DNA of 64,000 bases from Gemmatimonadota bacterium (GTDB lineage Bacteria; Latescibacterota; UBA2968; UBA8231), in NCBI GenBank assembly GCA_018660835.1, contig JABJJN010000011.1, forward strand, positions 26,489 through 90,488. The letters run 5' to 3'. How positions within the stretch are numbered: the stretch's first letter is position 1; every line of letters begins with the position of its first letter. The position numbers were made by a program, and so were the translations under genes. The notes under the pieces were generated by a model that saw only the letters and a list, made by a program, of their open reading frames with translations, was not told the DNA's origin and made no database searches. Below are positions 17,303-27,110 of this stretch, in pieces.

Positions 17303-19510
17303 ATGCTGCCAGAACGCCAGGATATACTCGATCATTTGCTAGATGACGCTTATCAGCCGGCGAAGATCAAAGAGCTTTCGCGCGTATTCGATGTCACAGC
17401 AGACGAGTACCAGCAGTTTCGTCTGTTCATGCGTCAACTCGAGCAAGAGGGTACCGTCGTGCGGTTGCACCGTCGACGATTTGTTCATCCTGCGACGCTG
17501 AAGCGTCTATGGGGCAGACTGAAGATCCACCCCCGTGGAATCGCTTTTGTCCATCGTGCCGGTCGGGATCCGGATATTCTCGTCGCCGAGGAGGATATCG
17601 GCGCCGCTGTCGATGGAGACTGGGTCGAAGTAGAGATGCTTGGCGTCCATGGCGGCGCGATTCCCGCACCACGAGGACGGGTCGTCTCCATAAGAGATCT
17701 ACCTAAACGACAAGCTCTTGGGACCTACCGCGTGCGGGGTGGTCATGGCATCGTTGTTCTTCACGACGAACAGAAGACGGTTGTTTCTGTGTCGAGCCCG
17801 CCGGCAGCGGCAGCGGCAGTGGACAATGGCGATCTGGTGATGGTCGCTGTAGAGGAGGTGCCCGCAGGAGCGGCTCCACGCCGTTTCTGCGAGATTGAGC
17901 AGGTTCTAGGGGCCGCCGATGATCCCCGCTTTGATTGGCTGGTCGTGGCAGCCCGACACGAACTGCCATTGCAGGCCAATCCCGATGCCGTGGCAGAAGC
18001 CCGGGACCTGATCGACGCCCAGCCCGCGGACCTGACGAAGGGACGGCGAGATCTTCGCGACCTCGAGTGTGTGACCATCGACCCTTCATCGGCCCAGGAT
18101 TTTGACGACGCGGTTTCATTGGAGCTACTGCCCTCGGGAGATCAGCGCCTCGGTGTCCACATCGCGGATGTCAGTCATTACGTCACGCCCGGAAGTGTCA
18201 TCGATGCAGACGCGCGATTGCGTGGGACGTCAGTCTATCTGTGCGATCAGGTGATCCATATGCTGCCACCTGAATTGGCAGCAGAAGCTTGTTCTCTGAA
18301 ACCACATGAGGATCGTCTCGCCGTATCCATTTTTCTCGATATTGATGGCGCCGGACGGATCGTGGCTACGGACGGTGCCGTCAGTGTGATCCGCTCTGCG
18401 GCGCGGCTGACCTACGAACAAGTACAGACGGTCATCGACGGTGAGCCGGTTCGTGGTGCTGTGGCTGCTTTCGAGGAACTCCTCCTGGAAATGTCTGCTC
18501 TCAGCTTGCGACTGAGGGCGCGTCGAATCGAACGGGGTGCACTGGATTTTGATGTTCCGGAGTCCAAGGTCGACGTGGGCGAAGATGGTTTGCCTACCGG
18601 CGTTGGACGGCATGAGCGACTCTCAAGTCATCGCCTGGTAGAAGAGTTCATGTTAGCTGCCAACGAGGCGGTCGCAGCGCAGATGCTGGATGCAGATCTT
18701 GATGCCTTGTATCGCGTTCACGACCCTCCCGATCCAGACAAGCTGGAACTGGTTCGCCAGGTTGTGAGTTCTCTCGGTCAGCGCCTGCCCCCTGGACGGA
18801 AAGTTCGCAGCAGGGACCTGCAGTCGATTCTCATGCATTTCGAGGGTCGCAAGGAGGCGCCATTGGTAGGGCAGCTTGTTTTGCGTTCCATGATGCGAGC
18901 CAGCTATTCGACGGAGGCGACTGAGCACTTTGGTCTGGCATCGGAGGCGTATCTGCACTTCACCTCACCGATTCGCCGCTATCCTGATCTGCACGTCCAT
19001 CGTCTATTGAAGGCGACCTTGTCAGGAGAGGAGCCCACCGCCACGCAAGATACAGACTGGCTGGCTGAGTGGACGACGCACGCCGAGCGTCGTGCCGTTG
19101 ATGCCGAACGCCAGCTGTTGCGACTCAAGCAATTGCGCTACATGCAGCCACATGTTGGCGAAGAATTCGATGGCAAGGTCTGCGGTGTCATCGGCAGTGG
19201 ATTCTTTGTTGAACTCGATGAACTGTTCGTCGAGGGGTTCTGTCCTCTTCGACTATTGGACGACTACTACGAATTCGATGAACACCGTCTGCGTCTGCTC
19301 TGCCCGCAGACGGGTGTCACCATTCGTTTAGGCACCGTCGCACGAGTTAAGATCGTTCGCGTTGATCTCGAAGCACGACAAATGGATCTATTGATGCTGT
19401 CCGCTGTCAGCGAGCCACTGAAAGAGAAACGACTACGCAGTGACCACGCCGGAAAGGGCAAGCGCAAGCATCCGGGGCGTCGACGAGCCAAGCAACGTCG
19501 TAGTCGCTAG
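17303..19510 (+). CDS. rnr: Ribonuclease R
   Basis: TIDPSSAQDFDDAVS, VHIADVSHYV, LVEEFMLAAN, HFTSPIRRYPDL, S1 domain and basic tail. Confidence 0.95.
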   Translation: MLPERQDILDHLLDDAYQPAKIKELSRVFDVTADEYQQFRLFMRQLEQEGTVVRLHRRRFVHPATLKRLWGRLKIHPRGIAFVHRAGRDPDILVAEEDIGAAVDGDWVEVEMLGVHGGAIPAPRGRVVSIRDLPKRQALGTYRVRGGHGIVVLHDEQKTVVSVSSPPAAAAAVDNGDLVMVAVEEVPAGAAPRRFCEIEQVLGAADDPRFDWLVVAARHELPLQANPDAVAEARDLIDAQPADLTKGRRDLRDLECVTIDPSSAQDFDDAVSLELLPSGDQRLGVHIADVSHYVTPGSVIDADARLRGTSVYLCDQVIHMLPPELAAEACSLKPHEDRLAVSIFLDIDGAGRIVATDGAVSVIRSAARLTYEQVQTVIDGEPVRGAVAAFEELLLEMSALSLRLRARRIERGALDFDVPESKVDVGEDGLPTGVGRHERLSSHRLVEEFMLAANEAVAAQMLDADLDALYRVHDPPDPDKLELVRQVVSSLGQRLPPGRKVRSRDLQSILMHFEGRKEAPLVGQLVLRSMMRASYSTEATEHFGLASEAYLHFTSPIRRYPDLHVHRLLKATLSGEEPTATQDTDWLAEWTTHAERRAVDAERQLLRLKQLRYMQPHVGEEFDGKVCGVIGSGFFVELDELFVEGFCPLRLLDDYYEFDEHRLRLLCPQTGVTIRLGTVARVKIVRVDLEARQMDLLMLSAVSEPLKEKRLRSDHAGKGKRKHPGRRRAKQRRSR

Positions 19511-20634
19511 CAGTCCATGAGTGCCAGCGCTTGATCGATCTCTTCCTCCGTGTTGTACACGTGTGGCGACAGACGAAGCCACCCACCACGATCCGTGATC
19601 ATGACCCCCGCCTCATGCAGGCGCGCCGCGATCTGTGTTGACGATTCTGATTCGGGTCGGCGACAAGTGACAATGCCCGATTTTTCGTCCGGCAGCCGAG
19701 AACTGAGCACTTCATAACCCGCTGGTGTCAGGCCCTGGACGAGTCTGTCTGTGAGGGAGAGGATTCTTGCCTCGACCGTGTCCATGCCCAGCTCAAGCAG
19801 CAGATCAACAGCCGCCTTCGTACCGGCAATGCCGACTGTATTCTGTGTCCCCGTTTCAAACCGTCTCGCATCCTGATGAAGTGCCGTGTCATAGTCGAGA
19901 AAGTCATGCGACGTCTGCACACTCGCCCATCCGATGGCAGCAGGATGGACGTGCCGCATGGCGCGACCAGAACAGAAGAAGATGGCACATCCTTCGGGGC
20001 CCATCAGCCATTTATGGGCGTCTGCTGCCAGACAGTCAATCCCCATTTTTTCTACATCTATGTGCAGGGCGCCCACGCTCTGAATCCCATCGACGACGAA
20101 GAGAATATCTCTTTCACGGCACAGTCGCCCAAGGGCAGCCAGATCGTTGCGAAAACCACTGAAGAATTCAACAGAGCTCACCGTGAGAACACGTGTGTGT
20201 GAATCGATGGCGTCGGCGAAATCCTCTACAAGCAATCTTCCATTGCGCTCTGCTACCTTGCGGATGCTCACACCTTTGTCTGCAAGCCCCAGCCAGGGGT
20301 AGACATTGGCTGGAAACTCGCGTTCAGCTACCACCACACTGTCTCCCGGTCGCCACTGAACACCAAGAGCGACAGCGATCAGGCCATCTGTCGTGTTCTT
20401 GAGGAAGGCGATTTCGTCGCTACGTGCACCGATCAATCGTCCCACACTACGCCGAGCATCAGCATAGAGTGCATGCCAATCGGTGATGTGTGCCAAGCCA
20501 TGTTCGGCGACATCACGAAGATGGTGTTCCATGGCACGCTGGACGGGCAGCGAGATCGGTGCTACGGCGGCGTGATTTAGATAGGTCCAGTGGTCGGTGA
20601 CAGGGAATTGCCGGCGCAACTGCTGCAGATCCAT
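19507..20634 (-). CDS. Class V aminotransferase / cysteine desulfurase-like PLP enzyme
   Basis: YLNHAAVAP, VVDGIQSVG, ADAHKWLMGP, RFETGT, LRLSPHVYN. Confidence 0.9.
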   Translation of the reverse strand: MDLQQLRRQFPVTDHWTYLNHAAVAPISLPVQRAMEHHLRDVAEHGLAHITDWHALYADARRSVGRLIGARSDEIAFLKNTTDGLIAVALGVQWRPGDSVVVAEREFPANVYPWLGLADKGVSIRKVAERNGRLLVEDFADAIDSHTRVLTVSSVEFFSGFRNDLAALGRLCRERDILFVVDGIQSVGALHIDVEKMGIDCLAADAHKWLMGPEGCAIFFCSGRAMRHVHPAAIGWASVQTSHDFLDYDTALHQDARRFETGTQNTVGIAGTKAAVDLLLELGMDTVEARILSLTDRLVQGLTPAGYEVLSSRLPDEKSGIVTCRRPESESSTQIAARLHEAGVMITDRGGWLRLSPHVYNTEEEIDQALALMDC

Positions 20635-20697
20635 GGGTCAAGCCTCGTGTTGAGTGTCCGTGAAAGATTCAGCAAATAATCGAAGAGCGGGACTGGA

Positions 20698-20726
20698 TTG
20701 ACGCTATTGGTCGCCCCGCGTAGGTT
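20698..20726 (+). promoter_or_regulatory. Putative sigma70 promoter for the small ORF and holA
   Basis: TTGACG-17-TAGGTT. Confidence 0.55.
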
Positions 20727-20735
20727 GGCGAGACG

Positions 20736-20909
20736 ATGCTAAAACTGATACTCCTGGCGACCCTGTGCACCTTCGGCTACAGGCTGATTAAGTCTCTGAC
20801 GTCGTCCTCCAAGCACATTTCATCTGGTAGCTCTCGGTGGCGACGTAAGGCCACGCCAGTGGAAGATGCAGATTTTGAGGAACTCGACCAAGACAAGGAG
20901 ACTAAGTGA
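20736..20909 (+). CDS. Small single-pass membrane protein (57 aa; absent from the ORF track)
   Basis: MLKLILLATLCTFGYRLIKSL...VEDADFEELDQDKETK; stop overlaps the holA GTG (GTGA). Confidence 0.7.
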   Translation: MLKLILLATLCTFGYRLIKSLTSSSKHISSGSSRWRRKATPVEDADFEELDQDKETK

Positions 20910-21976
20910 GCGCGAAGGCTGTGAAAAAGTCTCGGGCACGCCGAAAGTCCACGCCTGAAGATGTACGACGTTCCTTCGACGAGGAGGACGCACCAGCGCC
21001 ATTCTATCTGCTCCATGGCGACGAGGAGTATGGGCGACGGCAACTCTATCATTGGCTGCTTGAGCGCCTGACGCCTGCTGTGGCAGCAGAATTTAACGTC
21101 GATACGTTCCACGCAGATGCTCTCGATCCACAGCGCTTTCTTGATGTCTATTTCTCCTATCCCATGATGGCGACACAGCGCCTCGTCGTCCTGAAGGGGA
21201 TCGACAAACTGTCGCCGGCGCACACGAAGGCCTTGGAGCCTGTCGTAGAGCAAGGAGCGGAAACATCCTTGCTGCTGATGGTGGGAGCAAAGATTGACAT
21301 GCGACGAAAACTATTCGCGCAGCTCGCCAGCAAGGGCCAGGCTGTCGAGTTCAAGGTGCCTTACGACGACAAGCTCCCACAGGCGATCGGTGGAATTGCG
21401 AAGGACAAGGGCATGGAGATTCAACCAGAGGCGATCGATCTTCTGGGTATGTACATGGGCCCCAGGCAATTACAGGAAATCGCTCACGAATTGGACAAGC
21501 TGTCGATTTATGCGGGAGAGGGGAACCTGATCGAATCCCGTCACGTGAATGAGACGAGTGGAAGTGGACGCAATACAAGCATCTTTGATTTCACAGACGC
21601 CGTGGGAAGCTCAGATGCGCCGCGAGCGCAACGATTACTGCACGATCTTCTCGAGCAAGGGGAGGAGCCGGCGCGAATCCTGCCCATGTTGTCGCGGCAT
21701 TTGCAGTTGTTGCTGCGTACACAACAGCTGGAGCAGCAACGCTTGCCTCGAGATGAAATGGCTCGTGCCCTCGGGATTTCCCCCTTCTTTCTGGCTCCTT
21801 ATCGAACGCAGGCGCGGCAACTGACACCCGCTTCCCTCTGGCGGGGACTTAGTGCTCTTCGCCAGGCCGACGATCTGATCAAAGGGGGGGGGCGTGGGAG
21901 GAACAGACCGCACGTCGTCATGGACCTGTGTCTGGCCCAGCTCTTGGGGCGGCCCGGCGCGACGACCACAATATGA
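20906..21976 (+). CDS. holA: DNA polymerase III subunit delta
   Basis: FYLLHGDEEY, PMMATQRLVVLK, ELDKLSIY, SIFDFTDAV, ADDLIKGG. Confidence 0.9.
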   Translation: MSAKAVKKSRARRKSTPEDVRRSFDEEDAPAPFYLLHGDEEYGRRQLYHWLLERLTPAVAAEFNVDTFHADALDPQRFLDVYFSYPMMATQRLVVLKGIDKLSPAHTKALEPVVEQGAETSLLLMVGAKIDMRRKLFAQLASKGQAVEFKVPYDDKLPQAIGGIAKDKGMEIQPEAIDLLGMYMGPRQLQEIAHELDKLSIYAGEGNLIESRHVNETSGSGRNTSIFDFTDAVGSSDAPRAQRLLHDLLEQGEEPARILPMLSRHLQLLLRTQQLEQQRLPRDEMARALGISPFFLAPYRTQARQLTPASLWRGLSALRQADDLIKGGGRGRNRPHVVMDLCLAQLLGRPGATTTI

Positions 21977-21986
21977 GGGGTAGGGG

Positions 21987-22015
21987 TTGACGATGGTCGG
22001 GCCCCAGAGTATATT
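21987..22015 (+). promoter_or_regulatory. Putative sigma70 promoter of trxA
   Basis: TTGACG-17-TATATT. Confidence 0.65.
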
Positions 22016-22057
22016 CGCCCGTCCTTCATAAGTGCATGAAATTGCTCAATTTACAAT

Positions 22058-22120
22058 TCTGAGCTGTATCATCCTTTGAGCCATATCAATATCTGAGCTG
22101 TACTAATCTCTGAGCTATCA
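22058..22120 (+). repeat. Four imperfect direct repeats with 17-bp period (core TGAGC) in the trxA leader
   Basis: GAGC at 22061, 22078, 22095, 22112. Confidence 0.8.
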
Positions 22121-22191
22121 CAGTGTGGTGACCCGTTGGCCAACCCCAGGGGGGTCTTTGCCTGCGTGGCCCTTTCCTAGGAGAAGTTCCT

Positions 22192-22521
22192 ATGTCCGAC
22201 CCCATCACTCTCACCGATGACAATTTCGACGCTGAAGTCGTGAAGTCTGATCAACCTGTTCTCGTCGACTTCTGGGCCTCTTGGTGTGGCCCATGCCGCA
22301 TGGTCGCCCCCATCGTTGAGGAGTTGGTTTCTGAATACGATGGTCGGGCCAAAGTGGCGAAACTGGACGTGGACGCTGCGCAAAAGACGGCAGGCGAGTA
22401 CGGCATTCGTAGTATTCCGACGCTGCTGATCTTCAAGGACGGCAAAGTGGCAGACCAAGTGATCGGTGCTGTTCCCAAGACGCAGATCACCGAAAAGCTC
22501 GACAAAGTCCTCGCAGGCTGA
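22192..22521 (+). CDS. trxA: Thioredoxin
   Basis: VDFWASWCGPCRM, YGIRSIPTL; SD AGGAG. Confidence 0.97.
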   Translation: MSDPITLTDDNFDAEVVKSDQPVLVDFWASWCGPCRMVAPIVEELVSEYDGRAKVAKLDVDAAQKTAGEYGIRSIPTLLIFKDGKVADQVIGAVPKTQITEKLDKVLAG

Positions 22522-22545
22522 TCGCACGGACATTTTTGTGGAAAC

Positions 22546-22580
22546 GACGCCCTCTCCTCTGGCAGGAGAGGGCGTCTTTT
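22546..22580 (+). terminator. Rho-independent terminator
   Basis: gacgccctctcct-ctggc-aggagagggcgtc-tttt. Confidence 0.85.
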
Positions 22581-22656
22581 CGTTATCTATAGCAACGTCC
22601 ACCTGCTGTGGCAGTGTCAGCTGCTGCAAACCCGGCGATACCGAAACGAATCAACT

Positions 22657-23253
22657 ATGGCGAGCGACCCATTCTGGAGCAATCTCTTCCGTCGCAGAAG
22701 CGAGCAGGAAGACGAGCTATACGAGATCCTGAGCAACGTGCCAATTTTCCAAGATCTTGGCCGGCGTGAGTTCGAGCGTGTGCGAGGAATTCTGCATCGC
22801 CGGACCTATAGCGAGGGGGAGGCGATTGTCCGGGAAGGTGACGTCGGCGTGGGGATGTATGTCATCCTGTCTGGAGAGGTCTCCATCGTTCAACAGAGCG
22901 CAGATGACGAACAGATTGAGCTGGCTGTGTTCGGTCAGGGGGACTTCTTCGGCGACCAGGTTCTTCTCGATGAGTCGCCACGTACGGCTTCCGCTATCAC
23001 ACGCTCGACGACGCGTGCCGTAGGGTTCTTTCGACCTGATCTGCTGGAACTGATCGAACGTAACCCCCGGCTCGGCCTGAAGATCGTCATGCGCCTATCG
23101 CATATGATCTCGGTCAGACTGCGACAGACGAACCGTCTTCTGAAGGACGCTCGCGATCGGTCGCGCAGGATCGAAGAAGAGGTGGCTGCGGCGAAGGCAG
23201 AAGCGGACGCCGCCAAAGCCGACGCACAAGAGGCCGCCCTTCCGGCGACATAG
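22657..23253 (+). CDS. Cyclic nucleotide-binding domain protein (no HTH)
   Basis: IVREGDVGVGMYVILSGEV, GDFFGD, PRTASA; C-terminal Ala-rich helix. Confidence 0.88.
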   Translation: MASDPFWSNLFRRRSEQEDELYEILSNVPIFQDLGRREFERVRGILHRRTYSEGEAIVREGDVGVGMYVILSGEVSIVQQSADDEQIELAVFGQGDFFGDQVLLDESPRTASAITRSTTRAVGFFRPDLLELIERNPRLGLKIVMRLSHMISVRLRQTNRLLKDARDRSRRIEEEVAAAKAEADAAKADAQEAALPAT

Positions 23254-23259
23254 GATTCA

Positions 23260-24747
23260 GTGGACGGATTAATCGGACAGCGCCTGAGGATTCTCCTCGG
23301 CATCATTGGCATCGTCGCCGGACTATGGTTCATCTATGCCGTCCGCGGGATTTTGGCGCCTTTCATTCTCGCCTTCATCCTCGCCTATGTGATGACGCCC
23401 CTCGTCGATCGGATGGAAGGACGAGGCCTTAGACGCACAGCCAGTATTCTACTGATTTTTGCCGGTGGATTTCTCTGCATCACTCTTGGGGTGGTGACAG
23501 CAGGGAAGCGGCTCGCCCAGGAGATGGTGGATCTGTCTGTCGAATTTCTACGCGAAGAATCGACGGAACGCGAGTTTGTGATTCGCAACGGTGGCAGTTC
23601 ACGGCCCATGATTGTGGAATTAGAAGCTGTGGGAGCTGGTCTGGGGATATCTGAGAATCCCTTTGCCATCACCGAGCCACGCATCGATGAACAGATCATC
23701 ATCGAGCCAGGCAGCGAGCAGACCGTTCGTATTCGCTTTTCGCCCTCTCAATTGGCGTCCTTTGCGGGCAACCTCAAGATCAGGGAAGAGCGCACGGGAA
23801 AAATTACCTACAAGATCCCCTTGCGTGGCAATTCAGAGGCCGACGATGGTTGGATTCAATTCTGGAATGTCAAACGCTCACAGGAGCGGGGTTGGCGCAG
23901 TCCCGATTTTTGGGACCTCGATCGTAACAAGGAGAATGATTGGGGTGATATGGGCTTCAGTATATCAGGCCTCGACTTTGGCTCTGCTGGGCCAAATGTG
24001 CTCACCAAGATCACGATCCTGGCCAAGGACATCGAGCCGCACATCCAGCCCATCATCGGTCAGGATACCGACCTGGCTACCCTGATTCAGACACACGGCT
24101 CACGTCTGATCAATGTGTTGCTAGGGCGTACGACAGAGTTGGTTGGCGGTTTGTTCTCAGGCATCATGCTCATCGTCATTGTGCCCTTCGTCGCGTTTTT
24201 CTTCTTGCGCGAAGGCCGTCGGATTACGCATGGGATGATCGAAATGGTCCCCAATGGCTATTTCGAGATGACATTGAATCTATTGCATTCGATCAACAAT
24301 TCGATCGGTGGCTACATCCGTGGTCAGATACTGGCGGTCTCCGTCGTCGCGATTCTTGCCGGCGTCGGTCTGATGCTGATTGGCATGCCCTATGCATGGC
24401 CGATCGGTGTGTTGGCGGGTCTATCCAACATGATCCCATATCTCGGCCCGATCATCGGCATCGCCGCAGCGACCGTCGTCGCCTTGGCCACACTTGGCGG
24501 CATGTCGATGGTGACAAAGGTGGTCATCGTCTTCGCCATCATTCAGATTGTCGACAATGTCCTCATTCAGCCGATCGTGATCGCCAAGAGTGTCGATCTG
24601 CATCCGTTGGTTATTCTCGTCGTCGTCATGATTGGCAGCGACCTGTGGGGGATCGTGGGAATGCTTGTCGCCGTTCCCGCAACTGGTATCCTCAAGGTGA
24701 GCACACAGACCATCTATAATGGTATCAGGGGGTACTCTGTGAGCTGA
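23260..24747 (+). CDS. AI-2E family transporter with inserted Ig-like domain
   Basis: PFILAFILAYVMTPLVD, GGYIRGQ, NMIPYLGPII, LHPLVI, GIVGMLVAVP; ~145-aa beta-rich insert. Confidence 0.88.
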   Translation: MDGLIGQRLRILLGIIGIVAGLWFIYAVRGILAPFILAFILAYVMTPLVDRMEGRGLRRTASILLIFAGGFLCITLGVVTAGKRLAQEMVDLSVEFLREESTEREFVIRNGGSSRPMIVELEAVGAGLGISENPFAITEPRIDEQIIIEPGSEQTVRIRFSPSQLASFAGNLKIREERTGKITYKIPLRGNSEADDGWIQFWNVKRSQERGWRSPDFWDLDRNKENDWGDMGFSISGLDFGSAGPNVLTKITILAKDIEPHIQPIIGQDTDLATLIQTHGSRLINVLLGRTTELVGGLFSGIMLIVIVPFVAFFFLREGRRITHGMIEMVPNGYFEMTLNLLHSINNSIGGYIRGQILAVSVVAILAGVGLMLIGMPYAWPIGVLAGLSNMIPYLGPIIGIAAATVVALATLGGMSMVTKVVIVFAIIQIVDNVLIQPIVIAKSVDLHPLVILVVVMIGSDLWGIVGMLVAVPATGILKVSTQTIYNGIRGYSVS

Positions 24748-24938
24748 GTCAGAGGACTGTGACAGACCACCTTTGGTCGCCTGCAACAGTCATCTCTTCA
24801 TCAGTCACGGACTGGACCACCCGTCTCTGCTGGCAGCCGTTGACAATGTGAGGCGGCGAAGCTACCTCAATACCACAGTTTGTTGTAAATTTCTCTGACG
24901 TTCTACGCTGACACGCGCTTCTTGTGAGGAGGAGTCAT

Positions 24939-25769
24939 TTGGCTTCGCTGCAGATCAATCAGGCGACGATCGAAACCGTCGCCGATCGAATCGTACAAGC
25001 TCGCCAACTCCACGGGAAAGACAGTAGCTATTCCATCGGACTCATCGTCGGTATCGAGATGCTTGCCGACGCGGACGCAGATATTGCCAAACAGATCCGA
25101 GCACAGGTTCTGAAGATCGAGGCAGGGGGAGGGCCTGACGAGGAATCTGGGCCCGCACCGGCTGAGGCTGAGAAGCGGTCCGGTGAGGAGACATCCACTG
25201 CACCGAGTGATGGTGCAGGTTTGGCCGAAAACACCTGGATTCGCGGTGCGGTAAAGTGGTTCAATAATGACAAGGGCTACGGATTCATCTCCACCGATGC
25301 GAACACGGATGTCTTCGTCCACTGGCGAGACATATCCTCCTGGGACCGTTCCCTTTCGCAGGGAGATCCCGTTGAATTTATGGTAACCAAGACAGCCAAG
25401 GGCTTTCAGGCGATCAATGTCATGAAGCCTGATGGCGAACAAGCAGAGGGGGACGTGACCGCTGCTGATGGGGCGGGCGAGTTGTCCACCGAGCAAGTGG
25501 TTGCGGCGCAGAAGGAAATGGCAGCCGCTTCAGCCACGCCCGAGTCATCGACGACGCAGCCATCACACACGCAGGATGCCACGTCACAGATGGACAGCGA
25601 TACGTCGAATGCCGCCTCGTTTGAGGCGAATTCATCATCACAGACACCATCATCACAGACACCATCATCACAGACAATCGAGCCAACGACATTCTCGGGT
25701 GCCGAAGCGGCTGCTACGGAACCTCCGGCTGACGTTGCCGCCAATGGAGACGAAGTCACGAATGGCTGA
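24939..25769 (+). CDS. Cold-shock domain protein with N-terminal domain and disordered C-terminal tail
   Basis: GAVKWFNNDKGYGFI...DVFVHW (RNP1/RNP2); SD GAGGAGGAG before TTG 24939. Confidence 0.85.
   Translation: MASLQINQATIETVADRIVQARQLHGKDSSYSIGLIVGIEMLADADADIAKQIRAQVLKIEAGGGPDEESGPAPAEAEKRSGEETSTAPSDGAGLAENTWIRGAVKWFNNDKGYGFISTDANTDVFVHWRDISSWDRSLSQGDPVEFMVTKTAKGFQAINVMKPDGEQAEGDVTAADGAGELSTEQVVAAQKEMAAASATPESSTTQPSHTQDATSQMDSDTSNAASFEANSSSQTPSSQTPSSQTIEPTTFSGAEAAATEPPADVAANGDEVTNG
25633..25676 (+). repeat. 15-bp in-frame tandem repeat x3 (SSQTP)
   Basis: catcatcacagacac repeated, third copy one base short. Confidence 0.9.
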
Positions 25770-25772
25770 CCA

Positions 25773-27002
25773 ATGCTGAAGAAACCACGCAATACGGTCA
25801 GTTGCTCGTTCTGCGGCAAGGGGGTAGGCCAGGTTGAGAAGATCATCACGGGCCCATCTGTACACATCTGCAACGAATGTGTCGCACTTTGCAATGAGGT
25901 TCTTGAAGAAGAGACCAAGCAAGAGCCGAACCTCAATGGCAATCCGCTGCCAAAACCCGCACAGATCAAAGAGCAACTTGACGAGCACATTATTGGGCAG
26001 GAGCGCGCCAAGAAGGCCCTGTCCGTAGCGGTATACAACCACTACAAACGTGTGCACTCCGGGGCATCAGATGTAGAGCTCACGAAGAGCAATATTCTCC
26101 TGCTTGGCCCGACGGGGACGGGTAAAACCTTGTTGGCCGAAACCATGGCGCGGATTCTTCAGGTTCCTTTTGCCATCGTCGACGCCACGGTTCTGACGGA
26201 AGCTGGATACGTCGGCGAAGATGTCGAAAACATCCTCGTGCGGATCTTGCAGGCCGCTGATTACGATGTTGCCCAGGCTGAGAGAGGCATTCTCTTCATT
26301 GACGAAGTCGATAAGATCGCCCGTAAGTCTGGCAATCCCTCCATCACTCGAGATGTCTCTGGTGAGGGTGTCCAACAAGAGCTCTTGAAGATTCTTGAGG
26401 GCACCGTGTCGGGTGTACCACCGAAGGGTGGGCGCAAACATCCAGAGCAACCTCTCGTGCAGATCAATACACGAAATATTCTGTTCATCTGTGGTGGGGC
26501 CTTCGATGGTCTCGATAAGGTGATCGCCGCACGAACCGGACGCAGAGCGATCGGTTTTGGCGCAGTCGGAGGCGACAAGAGGGAAGCGGATGTGGGTCAA
26601 TTGTTGGCGAAGGTCGAGCCAGAGGATCTGATTCAGTATGGGCTGATTCCCGAGCTAATCGGACGATTGCCCGTGGTGAGTTCGCTGCATCCTCTGAGTG
26701 ATGACGCCCTGCTTGATATTCTCGAGAGACCCAAGAATGCCCTGATCCGCCAGTATCAGAAGCTCTTTGAGATGGATGGGTTGTCGTTGCGCTTCGAAGA
26801 GGACGCCCTGCGCAAGGTTGTGGAACTGACGCAGGAAAAATCAATGGGGGCGCGCGGACTGCGAGCGGTTCTCGAAACAGCCATGTTCGAGATTATGTTC
26901 GAATTGCCTTCAAAAGATGACGTGAAGGAATGCGTGATCACGCGAGACTTCATCGCGGCGAAGGGACCACCCACCTTTGTACACAAACGCAAGCGCGCCT
27001 GA
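25773..27002 (+). CDS. clpX: ATP-dependent Clp protease ATP-binding subunit
   Basis: CSFCGK...ICNEC Zn finger, [21 protein letters not shown] loop. Confidence 0.97.
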   Translation: MLKKPRNTVSCSFCGKGVGQVEKIITGPSVHICNECVALCNEVLEEETKQEPNLNGNPLPKPAQIKEQLDEHIIGQERAKKALSVAVYNHYKRVHSGASDVELTKSNILLLGPTGTGKTLLAETMARILQVPFAIVDATVLTEAGYVGEDVENILVRILQAADYDVAQAERGILFIDEVDKIARKSGNPSITRDVSGEGVQQELLKILEGTVSGVPPKGGRKHPEQPLVQINTRNILFICGGAFDGLDKVIAARTGRRAIGFGAVGGDKREADVGQLLAKVEPEDLIQYGLIPELIGRLPVVSSLHPLSDDALLDILERPKNALIRQYQKLFEMDGLSLRFEEDALRKVVELTQEKSMGARGLRAVLETAMFEIMFELPSKDDVKECVITRDFIAAKGPPTFVHKRKRA

Positions 27003-27110
27003 GCCCACCGACGTCGCTTGTGTTCCTACTCGTCGTTTTAGAAATTTCTGGTCGCCCTGTCGAGAATCCTGTCGAGAGGGCGATCATTTTGCATTTCGCT
27101 CAAGACGTCA

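Noticed and set aside
19507-19510. Shared CTAG overlapping stops of rnr and the aminotransferase
   Set aside because: A common arrangement for convergent genes in compact genomes
25633-25676. SSQTP repeat as a functional motif
   Set aside because: Nucleotide-identical copies in a disordered tail indicate recent slippage
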